Origin: Octopus sinensis
Taxonomy: Eukaryota
Assembly: GCF_006345805.1 (NCBI RefSeq)
Contig: NC_042998.1
Span: 197,036,001 to 197,100,000, forward strand
DNA length: 64,000 nt
Reading direction: 5' to 3'
A model generated the notes under the pieces. That model worked only from the letters and a program-made list of their open reading frames with translations. It was not told where the DNA came from and made no database searches. Shown here piece after piece: positions 11,141 through 23,679 of the stretch. The position numbers and the translations under genes are program-made. The first letter of the stretch is position 1; each line of letters starts with the position of its first letter.

Positions 11141-11836
11141 GCAGAGACACTCGTATACGCGCACACACACACGGGTACCTATACACACAAACATCCTCTG
11201 TCTCACACTGTCACACACGTACAGACGCACAACACGCATGTGTATATAATTGATTGTTTATCTATTCTAATTTGTCTTCTTCTGTTTATCGATACACCAG
11301 ATGTTATTTCTTTGATGCTCTGATCTTCTAACGAATTGAACACAGCCGAGTCAAAGGCCTTCTTCATAATCAATAAACGCGAGGCCCAGTGGGAGATTGG
11401 TGTTGTGTGTATAGCCACCAGTAGAGAAGTCCTTTCTTTTCATAGTCATTATCTATTTTATTGACATATGCACGTTAATAGCTGTGTGTTTGTTTTCTCG
11501 AAGCAAAGACGATTTCAATTGATCTGAAAGCTATCTTTAGCATAGTTTATTTCCATTTATATTTAGCATCTTTTAAAAGTATTTAACATACTTTTTCCTT
11601 GTTTTTGTAGTCCAAAATTATGCTGCTAGCGACTCTGAGTTATTTCTTGGCTCAGTTTTCTTCAGTTTTACAAAATAACTAAGGTCGTAAAAGCTTTCTA
11701 CTCTTTCTGCATATGTTTAAGTCTTATGGCTGTCTGGAGTCAAAGTAGGACAGCAACGTACTGAAGAACTGAAACCGGAACACATGTTCAATAGTTCCCA
11801 GTAAAAAAAAAAAGCAAACCATAAAAAAAAATATAG

Positions 11837-12249
11837 GGATCTTTTCGGTTTGAACGGCATTTTTTTCTAGCGGTGTCATATGAAATTGTCACCCATAATT
11901 ATGACCCTAGTATCGATCTATTGCATTTCAATCTGTTTTAGGGTTAGGGGTAGGGGGAAGGGTATCTTTTTTTCTTCAGAAATGTAAATAAACCCAATCT
12001 GTTTCTTAAACGAGGGACATATTCATACGGCACAGAATGATTTCACCTCAATAGACGTCCTTGATTTGTTGAAATTGCAGAAATTGAAAAAAAAAACAAC
12101 AACTAATATCTTACAAACTAGAGAATTTTCTCAATAAAGCCAAGAGAAACGGATGTTTTATAAACACATTCTACCAGCATACGAAGTTCAAAAGTGTTTA
12201 GTTACGTGGAAATTATTTAAAAAAACTGCCGGTCAAACCGAAAAGATCC
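11837..12249 (+). mobile_element. GGATC-TIR MITE (23-bp TIR, near-perfect 8-bp TSD)
   Basis: GGATCTTTTCGGTTTGAACGGCA ... TGCCGGTCAAACCGAAAAGATCC; flanks AAATATAG / AATTATAG. Confidence 0.85.
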
Positions 12250-13747
12250 AATTATAGTAATTAATTCAATGGATTAATTGTCGACTTCTTGAGATTATTT
12301 ATCCTTATTTGGAGTTGCTGCAGTTGTTGCCAAATACGGATCTAGTTGGTTTGGCTGCCAACATTTCAAAAATTAAAGTTTATCGAAAATTTTAAAATTT
12401 GGGACAATAATATACTTTTCTCAGCTGAATTGTTGGAGCTACTTCACTTTTTCCAGAAAAATGCTTGTAAAAAGTTATAGAGGTTTAAAGTTTGATCATT
12501 TTCACCCAGTTAGGAAACAGGATTTGGAAGCCGTCATTTTGTGCGAGACTGCACATTTTGTCGTCAGCATCTTGAATATATAGCACGTGTTGTTAATATT
12601 TGTAAACAACGTGTTTTGTAGTTTGAAGCATTCAATATGCATTTAATGCGACAGCACGAACTTAAAAGATTTATCCAAAAAACGTTATTTAGCTGTTACT
12701 TTTAGCACACCTCACAACCACCTCAATGACATAAAGAAATGAGTAGTTCTAAGTATTCAATATGCATTTACGTGCGATGAACATATTACAATTTCTCCCC
12801 AACAAATGGTTTCAATACAGTCTTAAGAGAAAGATTTGGAAGAATTAAAGGTAAGTTCGGAAAGACCTTGCCCCCACCCCTACCCCAAAACTTAAAAAAA
12901 ATATTCTTTTTTTTTTCGACACAAACCCCACTTTTCGGTTACGGGGAATACGAATCTGCCAAAAAATTGCCAAAAATCGACATTTCTAAGTGACCACCCC
13001 CACCCCCATTTCCTTCATTTTAAAACTTTTTTCACAATTGTTTTTTTTTTTTCTTCAAAATATGCGGAAAAATACGGAGATTATGATTCTGAAAAAAATT
13101 TCCAAAAAGCTTTGTAAAATTTTTTTTTAAGAATTTTTTTTTATAAATATGCGGAAAAATACGGACATCATGATTCGGACAAAAATTTCAAAACATTTAT
13201 GTACTTATGGTTAGGGTTAGGCTTGGGGTTTTAGGGTCTTAGGGTTAGGCTTTTAGGGTTAGTGTTGGGGGAAAAAAAGTCAAAATTGAGGTTGGGGGAA
13301 AAGGTGGCGGGTAATTTCACAATGCCGATTTTTGGCAATTTTCCGGAACCTCCTCATCCGAAAACGGGGATTTTTGGCAAAACAAAAATTACAAAAATAA
13401 ACAAATTTGGGAGAAAATGTAGCGGGGAGGACGGAAGTCTTTCCGAAAATTCTCCGGTAATTTTCTTTCATGTAAATAAATGTTTATATTAATTTAAAAG
13501 ATTTATCTAAAAAAATAAAAAAAACGCTATTTAGCACACCTCACAACCACCTCAATGACAAAAAGAAACGAGTAGACACGTGATTTTAATCATTCAATAC
13601 GCATCTGATGCAAAGGCGATGACCAACACGTTACAAATTAAATATTTAATTAAAAAAATCAAACATTTTGTTGACCAGTTCCCAAATTCACATGCTCAGT
13701 TGTCAACAGACAGGTAAAACAAGCGGTTTCAATATATTTGTCAACAC

Positions 13748-14494
13748 AGGGCGGCGAGCTGGCAGAATCGTTAACACGCCGGGCAAAATGCTTAGCGTTC
13801 TGAGTTCAAATTCCACCGAGGTCGACTTTGCCTTTTATCCTCTCGGGGTCGATTAAATAAGTACCAGTTACGCACTGGGGTCAATATAATCGACTTAATC
13901 CGTTTGTCTGTCCTTGTTTGTCCCCTCTTTTGGGTAGTAAAGAAATAGGTATTTCGTCTGCCGCTACGTTCTGAGTTCAAATTCTGCCGAGGTCGACTTT
14001 GCCTTTCATCCTTTCGGGGTCGATTAAATAAAGTACCAGTTACGCACTGGAGTCGATATAATCGACTTAATCCATTTGTCTGTCCTTGTTTGTCCCCTCT
14101 TTGTTTAGACCGTAGTAAAGAAATAGGTATTTCGTCTGCCGCTACGTTCTGAGTTCAAATTCTGCCAAGATCGACTTTGCCTTTCATCTTTTCGGGGCCG
14201 ATTAAATAAGTACCAGTTATGTACTGGGGTCGATGTAATCGACTTAATCCCTTTGTCTGTCCTTGTTTGTCCCCTCTTTGTTTAGCCCCTTGTGGGTAGT
14301 AAAGAAATAGGTATTTCGTCTGCCGCTACGTTCTGAGTTCAAATTCTGCCGAGGTTGACTTTGCCTTTCATCCTTTCGGGGTCGATTAAATAAAGTACCA
14401 GTTACGCACTGGCGTCGATATAATCGACTTAGTCCCTTTGTCTATCCTTGTTTGTCCTCTCTATGTTTAGCCCCCTGTGGGCAATAAAGAAATA
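13748..14494 (+). mobile_element. SINE family B array: one head plus 4 body-tail units
   Basis: Internal junctions AAAGAAATA|GGTATTTCG; 17-bp TSD AATATATTTGTCAACAC at 13731-13747 and 14495-14511. Confidence 0.9.
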
Positions 14495-14789
14495 AATATA
14501 TTTGTCAACACGTGCTTTCTCACAGACAAAAGAGTTCTCGTTTCCCGCTTGTTACTATGGAAACAAGTATGAATGCGTCTGTGACTAACTCTTTATTGAT
14601 TTATAGTGAAAATGATTTTCACGGCGTTCATTAGCCAAGAAAAGTGTATCATTACACTGAATATGCAATCAATTCGAACAGAATTGATGCTGGCAGCCAA
14701 ACCGACTAGATCCCTAAATATTAATTCCATTGGTTCAGTTGAATTATTTTCTTTAGCTCCTTTTATGTTTTTAATTAAAAATATACTTA

Positions 14790-15312
14790 CCGTAAATCCT
14801 CGAGTATAGTCCGCCCTTGAGTATAATACGCAGGGGATTTTTAGAGGGCTGTACCTCTGAAAAACCTAAACCTTGTGTATAATACGCACCCCTTCTCTAA
14901 CTTGAGTCGTGCGTAATTAAGCCAGCAGCACCTAGTCGAACAAACACTTCCGCGCATGCGTAATACAGTAATGGTGATGTTCTTAACTGTTATATGGGAA
15001 TGTAAACATGTTTGCAAATTGTTTTTACTGCATGTTATTCTGTGTTCTAAATACTTTTATTTTAATAAATGTTGCTTACTGCAAGTTATGGATGATTCTT
15101 TTATGACTTCATTGCTTTCAGGCTTAGCTTAAAGTATTTTCGCGCCCGACATCACAAAATGCGTCTGAATAAACATTGCCGTACAACAAATATAGACTCG
15201 GACATTGCTTAAAAAAATATTTTTCATTTTTAACCTCGTATATAGTACGCACTAGGGCTTTTGACCTTTAAATTTTTGGAAAAAAATGCGGGTTATACTC
15301 GAGGATTTACGG
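14790..15312. mobile_element. Tc1/mariner-superfamily MITE (Tc2-like CCGTA ends, TA TSD)
   Basis: TA|CCGTAAATCCTCGAGTATA ... TATACTCGAGGATTTACGG|TA. Confidence 0.88.
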
Positions 15313-16084
15313 TAATTCTTTTTCTATGTGAAAAAAGAAATAATTGATCTTCAGGCAAAATAGATCTGTTCTAGGTTCATGAAGCTTTATAGACCTAAAC
15401 ACTGGTGTGTTTCCTTTGACTCTAAAAGAAGAAAAGTTAAAACTGTCTTTTCTTTAAGCATGTAAATTTAAGGAAGAATTTACCTTTAATTTCATGAAAC
15501 GTTTTCCCTTCTCCCAGTGGCATGTATTTGGAAGAGAGAAAAAAAAACGAAGAAAATTATACTGTAGCGGGGCCTACAATTAGAACCTTATATTTTTAGT
15601 GATTAGGGTCAGACCACACTTGGATAATATGACATATCCTAAATGTCAACCAATCAGCATGCAGAAATATCTCACCATGTTATAGAATGTTCTGTCATTA
15701 TCCATGTGTTCCTGCGTAAAGGCCATAAAAGTGAAAGCGCGCCAGAATTAGCGCAGTGATTCGAGAAGGTTCCAGAGAAGATAGACGAACACTGAATTCT
15801 TGGTCACTGCTCGACCTGTATTTAAAAGAATTACTTCGTCTTCAATGCACTTCTCAAAGTACGTACCATGAACACTGATTTTAGGTGGAGTCAGTGGTCA
15901 CCAGTTGTAACAGTAAATGTTGGAGTCGGCAGTTAACAATTGTAACGGGTGTTGATGTTGCAGATGTGCAAGATTAAAGAAGAACTGTGATGGAAGTTGT
16001 AAACAAACGTTTATTTACTGTTACTTTGTATACCGCCAAAAGCACGACTGGCTGGTTTGAATAATATAATTCGTAAAGCATGCG

Positions 16085-16398
16085 AGTTAAGTTAAGTTAA
16101 TTTTTTGGCTCAAAAAGCAAAAAGCAAGGCCATGTAGGGGGACATGGAGTTATGTACAGGGTGGTGTTCATGCAAAGAGTTCAGGCCATTTCTGGTCAAG
16201 AGAGACTTTGAACCGAGCGATCGTCGGCATCTTCACTATCTCGTCCGGCAGCTTATTCCACTGATCCGCAACCCGGACGGAGAAAGCCCCTCTCCTTCGA
16301 TTGAGACGAAATCGTCGCAGATAGAGCTTTTCGGAGTGACCCCGCAGCTCTTTCGAGAGGTTACACTTTCCGCATATGATGTTGTGAGCAAGAATGAG
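16085..16398 (-). mobile_element. CR1-like LINE 3' fragment with (TAAC/TTAAC)n tail
   Basis: Minus strand RGHSEKL..RRRGAFSVRVADQWNKLPDEIVKMPTIARFKVSLDQKW; homologous to 45542-45894. Confidence 0.85.
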
Positions 16399-17404
16399 TT
16401 AAAGAGAGATATCGTAGATTTTCCTTGTACAGTTTGTCTTTGTATTCTCGTCATTGTGTAATAGTAAACCACAGATAGAGATAGGGTAATGTTGAAGAGA
16501 AAAGAAAGTGAGCCAGTGAAAGAGAGTCGAGGGAAGATGTATGTCTCATAGTGACTGATTGTTTTCCTTCTCCCTCTGGCCGTTTCTCTCAAGTGGCTGT
16601 CTACCCGTGGCCATCACTAGTCACCTCCGTTCATCAACTGATTTTGGCTTATGGAGTTCTTGTATTTATAACTATACAAAACTAGTTAGAAAGAGAGACA
16701 TATTGTTGAGAACAATAGATTTCGCTGGGGATCGACTTGTTATCTCAATTCTAACTTTTCATGGCCTAGAAGAGGTTAGGAGGGTCAAGTAGCAAAGACC
16801 TAAACCGACTTGGCAAAGCCATATGTTAAATGTAACTTGCTGTCATTATTGTTTCTCTGTGAGAAAAATGCTGTTGCAATATTATGGGAAATTGGCAGAT
16901 TCAGGTTCGAATCTACTCTATGCCTAGATGAAGTCAGTACAACACCATATCCTCCCCTTTCACCACACAAATAAGTAGCCAGCCAATTCTTTGTCAAAAG
17001 CGAACCAGAGGCGCACATAGGTTGCACAGACAACAAGTTTGTAAGAGACAAGGTCTTTGGTTGCAGCTCAACTTTCGGCTAAAGGAACTGTCGACTATGG
17101 AGAGCAATATTTTCCCCGCCTCTCATGCGAAGCTATTAATTTATGTTATTAAGGCAACTACAAACAACTCTCTACTTTTCCTACGTTACACTTCTGGCAA
17201 GCAACTATGTAATTAAGTAACTACTGTGATGTACTCCTGCAAAAATAAATGTTAATCAAGGAACATTTGGAGTCAGTTTTTGTAACGGGACAGCACGCAG
17301 CCTAACGTTATAATACGAATATACCAATTAATAAAGCCCCCATCGAACCGTTCTCCACAGAACTAAATAACACATGCAAAAAATAATTTTCTGATTTATT
17401 GAAA

Positions 17405-17544
17405 CCACACGCATACACACACATGCACACACACACATGCACACACACACACATGCACACACACACACACAGACACACACACACACACACAGACACAGAC
17501 ACACACACACACATGCACACACACACACATGCATACACACACAT

Positions 17545-17591
<47 letters not shown>

Positions 17592-17604
17592 GACACACAC
17601 ACAT

Positions 17605-17636
<32 letters not shown>
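17405..17636. repeat. Compound (AC)n / ATGCAC microsatellite
   Basis: Direct inspection. Confidence 0.95.
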
Positions 17637-17639
<3 letters not shown>

Positions 17640-18029
17640 ATTTTACCAGGAATGCCTTAAAATTGAACAAGTGTTTTATATACATTGTTTTATGTTTCTT
17701 CACATTTCTTGAAGTAAATGCTTTCCCTTTTGTTAGAATTCAGGCAATAGGTACATTGAGTGGTAAAGAATCTTGGGTTCTGTTATTCTATTATTGGTGT
17801 TAACGTTGATTTATTTTCATTTTCAAATTTCAAAATTATTCTAAAGACGCGGAAAATAACTGAAACACACGGAAATTACCATTGTGAGGAACATAGATTT
17901 TTTTGACACCGTTTTTCGATTGAATATATTTTGTTTATTTAAAAATTGGAATTTTGGAAAATAATTTTTTTTTTACAACTGCGATTTCCGTGAAATAATA
18001 AAGAAAAAAAATTAAGACATTTTTTTTTT

Positions 18030-18226
18030 CTTTTACTTGTTTCAGTCATTTGACTGCGGCCACGCTGGAGCACCGCCTTTAATCGAGCAACTCGATCCCG
18101 GGACTTATTCTTTTATAAGTCCAGTACTTATTCTATCGGTCTCTTTTGCCGAACCGCTAAGTAACGGGGACATAAACACACCAGCATCGGTTGTCAAGCA
18201 ATGCTAGGGGGACAAACACAGACACA

Positions 18227-18274
<48 letters not shown>

Positions 18275-18443
18275 AATATACGACGGGCTTCTTTCAGTTT
18301 CCGTCTACCAAATTCACTCACAAGGCTTTGGTCGGCCCGAGGCTATAGTAGAACACACTTGCCCAAGGTGCCATGCAGTGGGCCTGAACCCGGAACCATG
18401 TGGTTGGTAAACAAGCTACTTACCACACAGCCACTCCTGCGCC
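18030..18443 (-). mobile_element. SINE family A
   Basis: Reverse complement of 5815-6240; ends CAGCCACTCCTGCGCC. Confidence 0.9.
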
Positions 18444-18612
18444 TAATTGTTATTTCTAGCATGTGGAGAGACCTTCTAGGCTTAACTTTATGTACTGGTT
18501 GAAAATCACCTAAAAAAAAGATTCTGGGGTCGATACATTTTGCTAAAAATTCTTCAAGGCATATAAAACATCTCTTACTCTTAGACCAGTGACTGAAACA
18601 AGTAAAAAGATT

Positions 18613-18810
18613 TTGGATCTTTTTCCCTTTGAACGGCAGATTAAGAAATTAATTTTTTGTAACTAAACACTTTCAAACTTCGGACACTGGTAGAATGTAT
18701 CATATAAAACATCTTTTATTCTTAGCGTTTTTGAGAAAAGCTTGTATTTTCAGGAAGTTATTTCGTGTTAAAGTTGTCCTATTTCTGTAATTTCAACCAA
18801 TCAATGACTA
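18613..18810 (-). mobile_element. GGATC-TIR MITE, partial
   Basis: GGATCTTTTTCCCTTTGAACGGCAG followed by the reverse complement of the 3' half of 11837-12249. Confidence 0.7.
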
Positions 18811-18972
18811 AAATTACTGAATAAAATTACTGCTGCTGTTTGTCGACAAAAAACTATCGGCAGTGTATATTTCGTTTGCCACTGTTATTTATGACATATT
18901 TCATTTCAGTTATATTTGTATGAATAAACGAGTGTATCTGAAGCATGTTTACTTCATGGCACCACCATAATC

Positions 18973-19320
18973 GTTCAGTCTCACTGCGTGACACATTGGG
19001 CATGTGTCTTCTACTATAGCCTCGGGCTGACCAAAGCCTTGTGAGTGGATTTGGTAGACGGAAACTGAAAGAAGCCCGTCGTATATATATATATGTGGAT
19101 ATGTGGGTGTGTATATGTTTGTGTGTCTGTGTTGGTCCCTCCACCATTGCTTGACAACCGATGTTGGTGTGTTTACGTCCCCGTAACTTAACGGTTCGGC
19201 AAAAGAGATTGATAGTACAAGTACTAGGCTTACAAAGAATAAGTCCTGGGGTTGATTTGTTCGACTAGAGGTGGTGCTCCAGTATGACGGCAGTCAAATG
19301 ACTGAAACAAATAAAAGAAT
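18973..19320 (+). mobile_element. SINE family A, 5'-degenerate
   Basis: Body GTGAGTGGATTTGGTAGACGGAAACTGAAAGAAGCCCG and tail GTCAAATGACTGAAAC. Confidence 0.85.
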
Positions 19321-19337
19321 ATATACATATATATACA

Positions 19338-19734
19338 CTAGCAGTATCGCCCGGCGTTGCTCGGGTTTGTAAGGGAAATAACTATATAAGCATTTTTAGA
19401 GAGTTATAACAAAAAAAATAGCAAGAAAATGCATTAAAATGGAAAAAAATTATGGTAAATTTTTTTTTAAATCGTTGACTCATCGTAGACATTTTTAGAG
19501 AGTTACTTCCTTTATATAATAGCGAAAAAATGCATTAAAATGGAAAAAAATAATGGTAAAGTTTTTAAATAATCGTAGACTCATCGTAGACGCGCGCTAA
19601 TACCCAGAAGGGCTCGATATGAATCACGACTATAAGATACCCGGTTTTGGTTACACTGCACCGCAAAATGTGGGAGTAGTTAGGAATCTAAATCGTAGGA
19701 GATAGACACACAACTTCACTTTTATATATAAAGA
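19338..19734 (-). mobile_element. Non-autonomous Helitron
   Basis: On the minus strand A|TC...CCCGAGCAACGCCGGG hairpin...CTAG|T; no TSD. Confidence 0.85.
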
Positions 19735-19753
19735 TATATATATATATATATAT

Positions 19754-19787
<34 letters not shown>

Positions 19788-20266
19788 ACACACATATACT
19801 CACACACACAGACAACTCACATACACACACACATGCACACAACATAAGTTGGACGCAAAAGAAAATAAATAATTAATTGAAATCAAGTTGAAAAGACTGT
19901 CTAAAATTAGTATTTCCCGCCTTTGGATGATTGATTAATCGATCTGAGGTTGCGGTAAAAAAAGTATTGAAACTAGTCAGGTCAATCACCGGTTTTTTCT
20001 AGCTTAAAATATTCGATCGTCCAGTTGCTGTATCTAATCTTGATAGCGACACTAAAACTGTTTCCTAAAACCTTGATCCGAAATTTTTACTTTACATCTC
20101 TTTCTCATCGACTTTGACAATCCGCCAAATAAAACTGTTTTACACCATAATATTTAGCTGTCTCTTTTGACTTGTTTTATATTATTTAGGATGCATTGTG
20201 ACCAGTAGTGAGTCTTTTATAACTGCGAGTTACTGTACATCGGTGCAATATTACGGAATAAATATT

Positions 20267-20305
<39 letters not shown>

Positions 20306-21270
20306 AAGACTGTGCTACAGGCAAAACTCAGCGTGATCACTGTGACCGATCAGGCTATCAGATGTTGCACACATCGCTGGTCACAATGCATCCTAAATAA
20401 TATAAAACAAGTCAACAAATAGCTTACGAACTTCAGAATTTTCTCAAGAAAGCCAAGAGAAAACGTTGTTTTATGTAACACATTCTACCAGTATACGAAG
20501 TTTAAAAGTGTTTAGTTACAAAAAATATTTTTTTAAATCTGCCAGTCAAAGTGAAAAGATCCCTATTTTTTGTGTAGAATCGCAAACTTCTATGTTTAAA
20601 ACTTTGAAAATTATATATATAAAAAAGTTATTGCTTGGTGTGCGGTTTGAAACTAAGTGGAACAAAAAGAATGATAAACGATTATAATTTTGAAGAACGT
20701 TTCTAATCTGAAGAGTTGTTTAAAAAGAAAAAAATATATAAACGACGTAAAAGTTGTATGGCATGTTCATCCGAAATTTCGTCAAATATTAGAGCATTGG
20801 ACATTCCATACTTGAACCCCATTGCGTCAATATGGAGCATCTAAATTCTTGCAAAGAATAATTGCGGATCTTTTCTTCGCCACGAGTCTGTGAGGTGAAA
20901 CTATAAGTGGTTCATGGGTGTTAAAAAAATCTCGTGGATATATTCTAATTTCTATGAGATTTAAATTAGGATCTGCAGACTTATATACACAAATGCGCAG
21001 TTGTTGATTCACTTCATCTTAATTTAGGTTAACATCAGGTGTTTTGACTAGTAAATATATATATATATATATGTGCAAGTGTGTGTTGTTAATTCATACA
21101 CACATTCATGCACAAAAAGATTTGGTGCAACAAACAGGTGACACAGAAATCATTATGTTAAAAGAAGAGCATAAATATTTAACTTAACTGTATCGCTACA
21201 TAAGTAACTTATGTCAAACACTTCCGATACACACACGCACATATATATGTGTGTGCATACCCATTTCACT

Positions 21271-21305
<35 letters not shown>

Positions 21306-21706
21306 CAAAATAATAAATAAAACATATGCATATATACATACATATATGTACGTACCTACATCTATATGTATGTATACATGCATATATAGGTACAGGACAC
21401 CAAAAAAACGTCGAACACAATGCGAAACGAAAACATAAAAACAGAACCATGGAAACGGACATCTTTTTAAACAACGAAAAAACAGGGTAGAAGACATACA
21501 ACACAAGGAAAATTACCCTTCTTCAGCCGCCTCCGTTTCGTCTACTCCGCATTTCGAAGGTAAAGGCGTGACACGACTTCGGTGAAACAGTCCTTCCCGC
21601 AAATAATTTGAGATATTTTGCAGAGGGGTAAAAGTGGTAACAAAAACAGGACAGTAAAAACAATGCAAGACAGTAAAAATAGACACACACACACACATAT
21701 ATATAT

Positions 21707-22037
21707 TGTAGTGAAAAGGGTACTCCTCTTCCCATGTGAATAAGTGGTATGAACCAGTCACGATAAAGTCAGACAGTTGTTGTAGGAGGTCATTAGTAGT
21801 AGAGTCATTGTACGAGTTCTCAGTTGGAGTCAGTGTCAGTTACGTGATATATACGAGTTCGAGTTACCGTCAAGGTCGACGATTCAAAGTAATTGTCTTG
21901 CGGAACTATCAGCGATAGCGCGTTAGACGAGTGAAAGATAATAAGACGCAGAATATCGCCTCAACATAATAGTGGTGACAAGAATATTACAGTGCCGACA
22001 ATAACGTACAAGTGGACGAGGATCTCACTTTATAACA
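21707..22037 (+). repeat. 5' LTR
   Basis: TGTAGTGAAAAGGGTACTCC ... TTATAACA, followed by GTGGC (start of a PBS-like sequence). Confidence 0.8.
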
Positions 22038-22041
22038 GTGG

Positions 22042-22555
22042 CTCGAGTATAGTTCGCTCTTGAGTATAATACGCAGGGGATTTTTAGGGGGCTGTACCCC
22101 TGAAAAACCTAAACCTTGTGTATAATACTCACCCTTTCTCTAACTTGAGTCATGCGTAATTAAGCCAGCAGCACCTAGTCGAACAAACACTTCCGTGCAT
22201 GCGTAATACAATAATGGTGATGTTCTTAACAGTTATATGGGAATGTATATATGTTTGCAAATTATTTTTGTTACATGTTATTCTGTGTTCTGAATACTTT
22301 TATTTTTAATAAATGTTGCTTACTGCAAGTTATGGATGATTCTTTTATGACTTCATTGCTTTCAGGCTTAGCTTAAGGTATTTTCGCGCCTGACATCACA
22401 AAATGCGTCTGAATAAACATTGCCGGACAGCAAATAGAGACTTGGACATTGCTTAGAAAATATTTTTCATTTTTAACCTCGTATATTGTACGCACTAGGG
22501 ATTTTGACTTTTAAATTTTGGGAAAAAAATGCGGATCATACTTGAGGATTTACGG
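22042..22555. mobile_element. Second copy of the Tc2-like MITE, left end clipped
   Basis: Near-identical to 14790-15312; ends GAGGATTTACGG|TA. Confidence 0.88.
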
Positions 22556-22717
22556 TAAACAATTCATGCGGACAACGGTCAAAAAAATTTTAACGAGAAA
22601 GTAAACAATTCACGCGGACAACTTTGAAAATTTTTTTTCATGTGTAGAAATTAAAAACTCGACAGAGGAGTAACAAACATTTTTGTTATACATATTTTAC
22701 GAAAAATCCGTAAAATT

Positions 22718-23440
22718 ATGGAAAATTTGTTTGAGGGTCTAGCTGAGTTGCAAAAACAGCAACAACAACAACTCAAAGAACAACAAGAACCGTTACAGCA
22801 ACAAATGCTATAACTAATGAAATTGGTAACAAAACCAGAAAATACGTTTTCGCCAGATCATGAAGCAAATTCAATAAATGAATTTAAATACGACCCGGAA
22901 GAATGAGTCACCTTTGAGGCATATTATCGAAGATTGGAACAAATTTTCGAAAAAGAATGCCAAGACTGGACGGACGAAATGAAAACACGTCTAATTCTGA
23001 GTAAAACGGCGACGATAGAGCATGAGAAATACTGTGACTTTATATTGCCTAAAAAAAGTTTCTGACAGATTTCACGGACACAATTGACATTTTATGTAGG
23101 ATGTTTAGTGAAAAAACATCGTTGTTCAACACACGTTGGAGGTGTTTGAACACTGAGAAAAGTGATGACGAAGATTTTACCTCATATGCGGGTAGAGTGA
23201 ACAGGGAGTAAGAGAGATTTGGATTAGATAAACTAACTCCAGACTCGTTCAAGTGCCTGGTTTTAGCTCAGGGACTTACTGCTAAAAAGGACGCAGAAGT
23301 CAGAACGACAATTCTCGTAAAGCTGGTTATGAACCAGGATATAACTCTCCAGAAACTGTCAGAAGAGTGTGATCTGATATTAAAAGGGAGGCACGACACA
23401 GAAGAAATTCAACGATATACAACAGGAGATAAACCAATGT
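22718..23440 (+). pseudogene. Gypsy gag remnant
   Basis: TFEAYYRRLEQIF, KYCDFILPK, SLFNTRWRCLN, FKCLVLAQGL motifs with stops and frameshifts, like K02A2.6-type Gypsy gag. Confidence 0.75.
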
Positions 23441-23468
23441 ATGGCATGCGGTGGTAGGCCCCTGAGAA

Positions 23469-23659
23469 GCGTAGCCGTATTTCGTCTGCTGTTACATTCT
23501 GAGTTCAAATTCCGTCGAGGTCGACTTTGCTTTTCAGCCTTTCGGGGTCGATAAATTAAGTACCAGTTACGCACTGGGGTTGATGTAATCAACTTAATCC
23601 GTTTGTCTGTCCTTGTTTGTCCCCTCTATGTTTAGCCCCTTGCGGGTAGTAAAGAAATA
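23469..23659 (+). mobile_element. 5'-truncated SINE B inside the Gypsy element
   Basis: 16-bp TSD GGTAGGCCCCTGAGAA at 23453-23468 and 23660-23675. Confidence 0.9.
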
Positions 23660-23679
23660 GGTAGGCCCCTGAGAAAAGA

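Noticed and set aside
13208-13265. True telomere or fusion site
   Set aside because: Short, degenerate and embedded in transposon-like DNA; no long (TTAGGG)n tract.
16144-16461. Similar ORFs MELCTGWCSCKEF here and at 45431-45826
   Set aside because: These are antisense frames of the CR1 3' end, not a gene family.
17308-17803. His/Thr- and Cys/Val-rich ORFs (also 27905-28683, 33269-33607, 63775-63993)
   Set aside because: Translations of AC, ATAC and TATG microsatellites.
20770-21010. Minus-strand DAMGF and SADPNLNLIE motifs
   Set aside because: Too short and disrupted to assign to a gene or a transposase.
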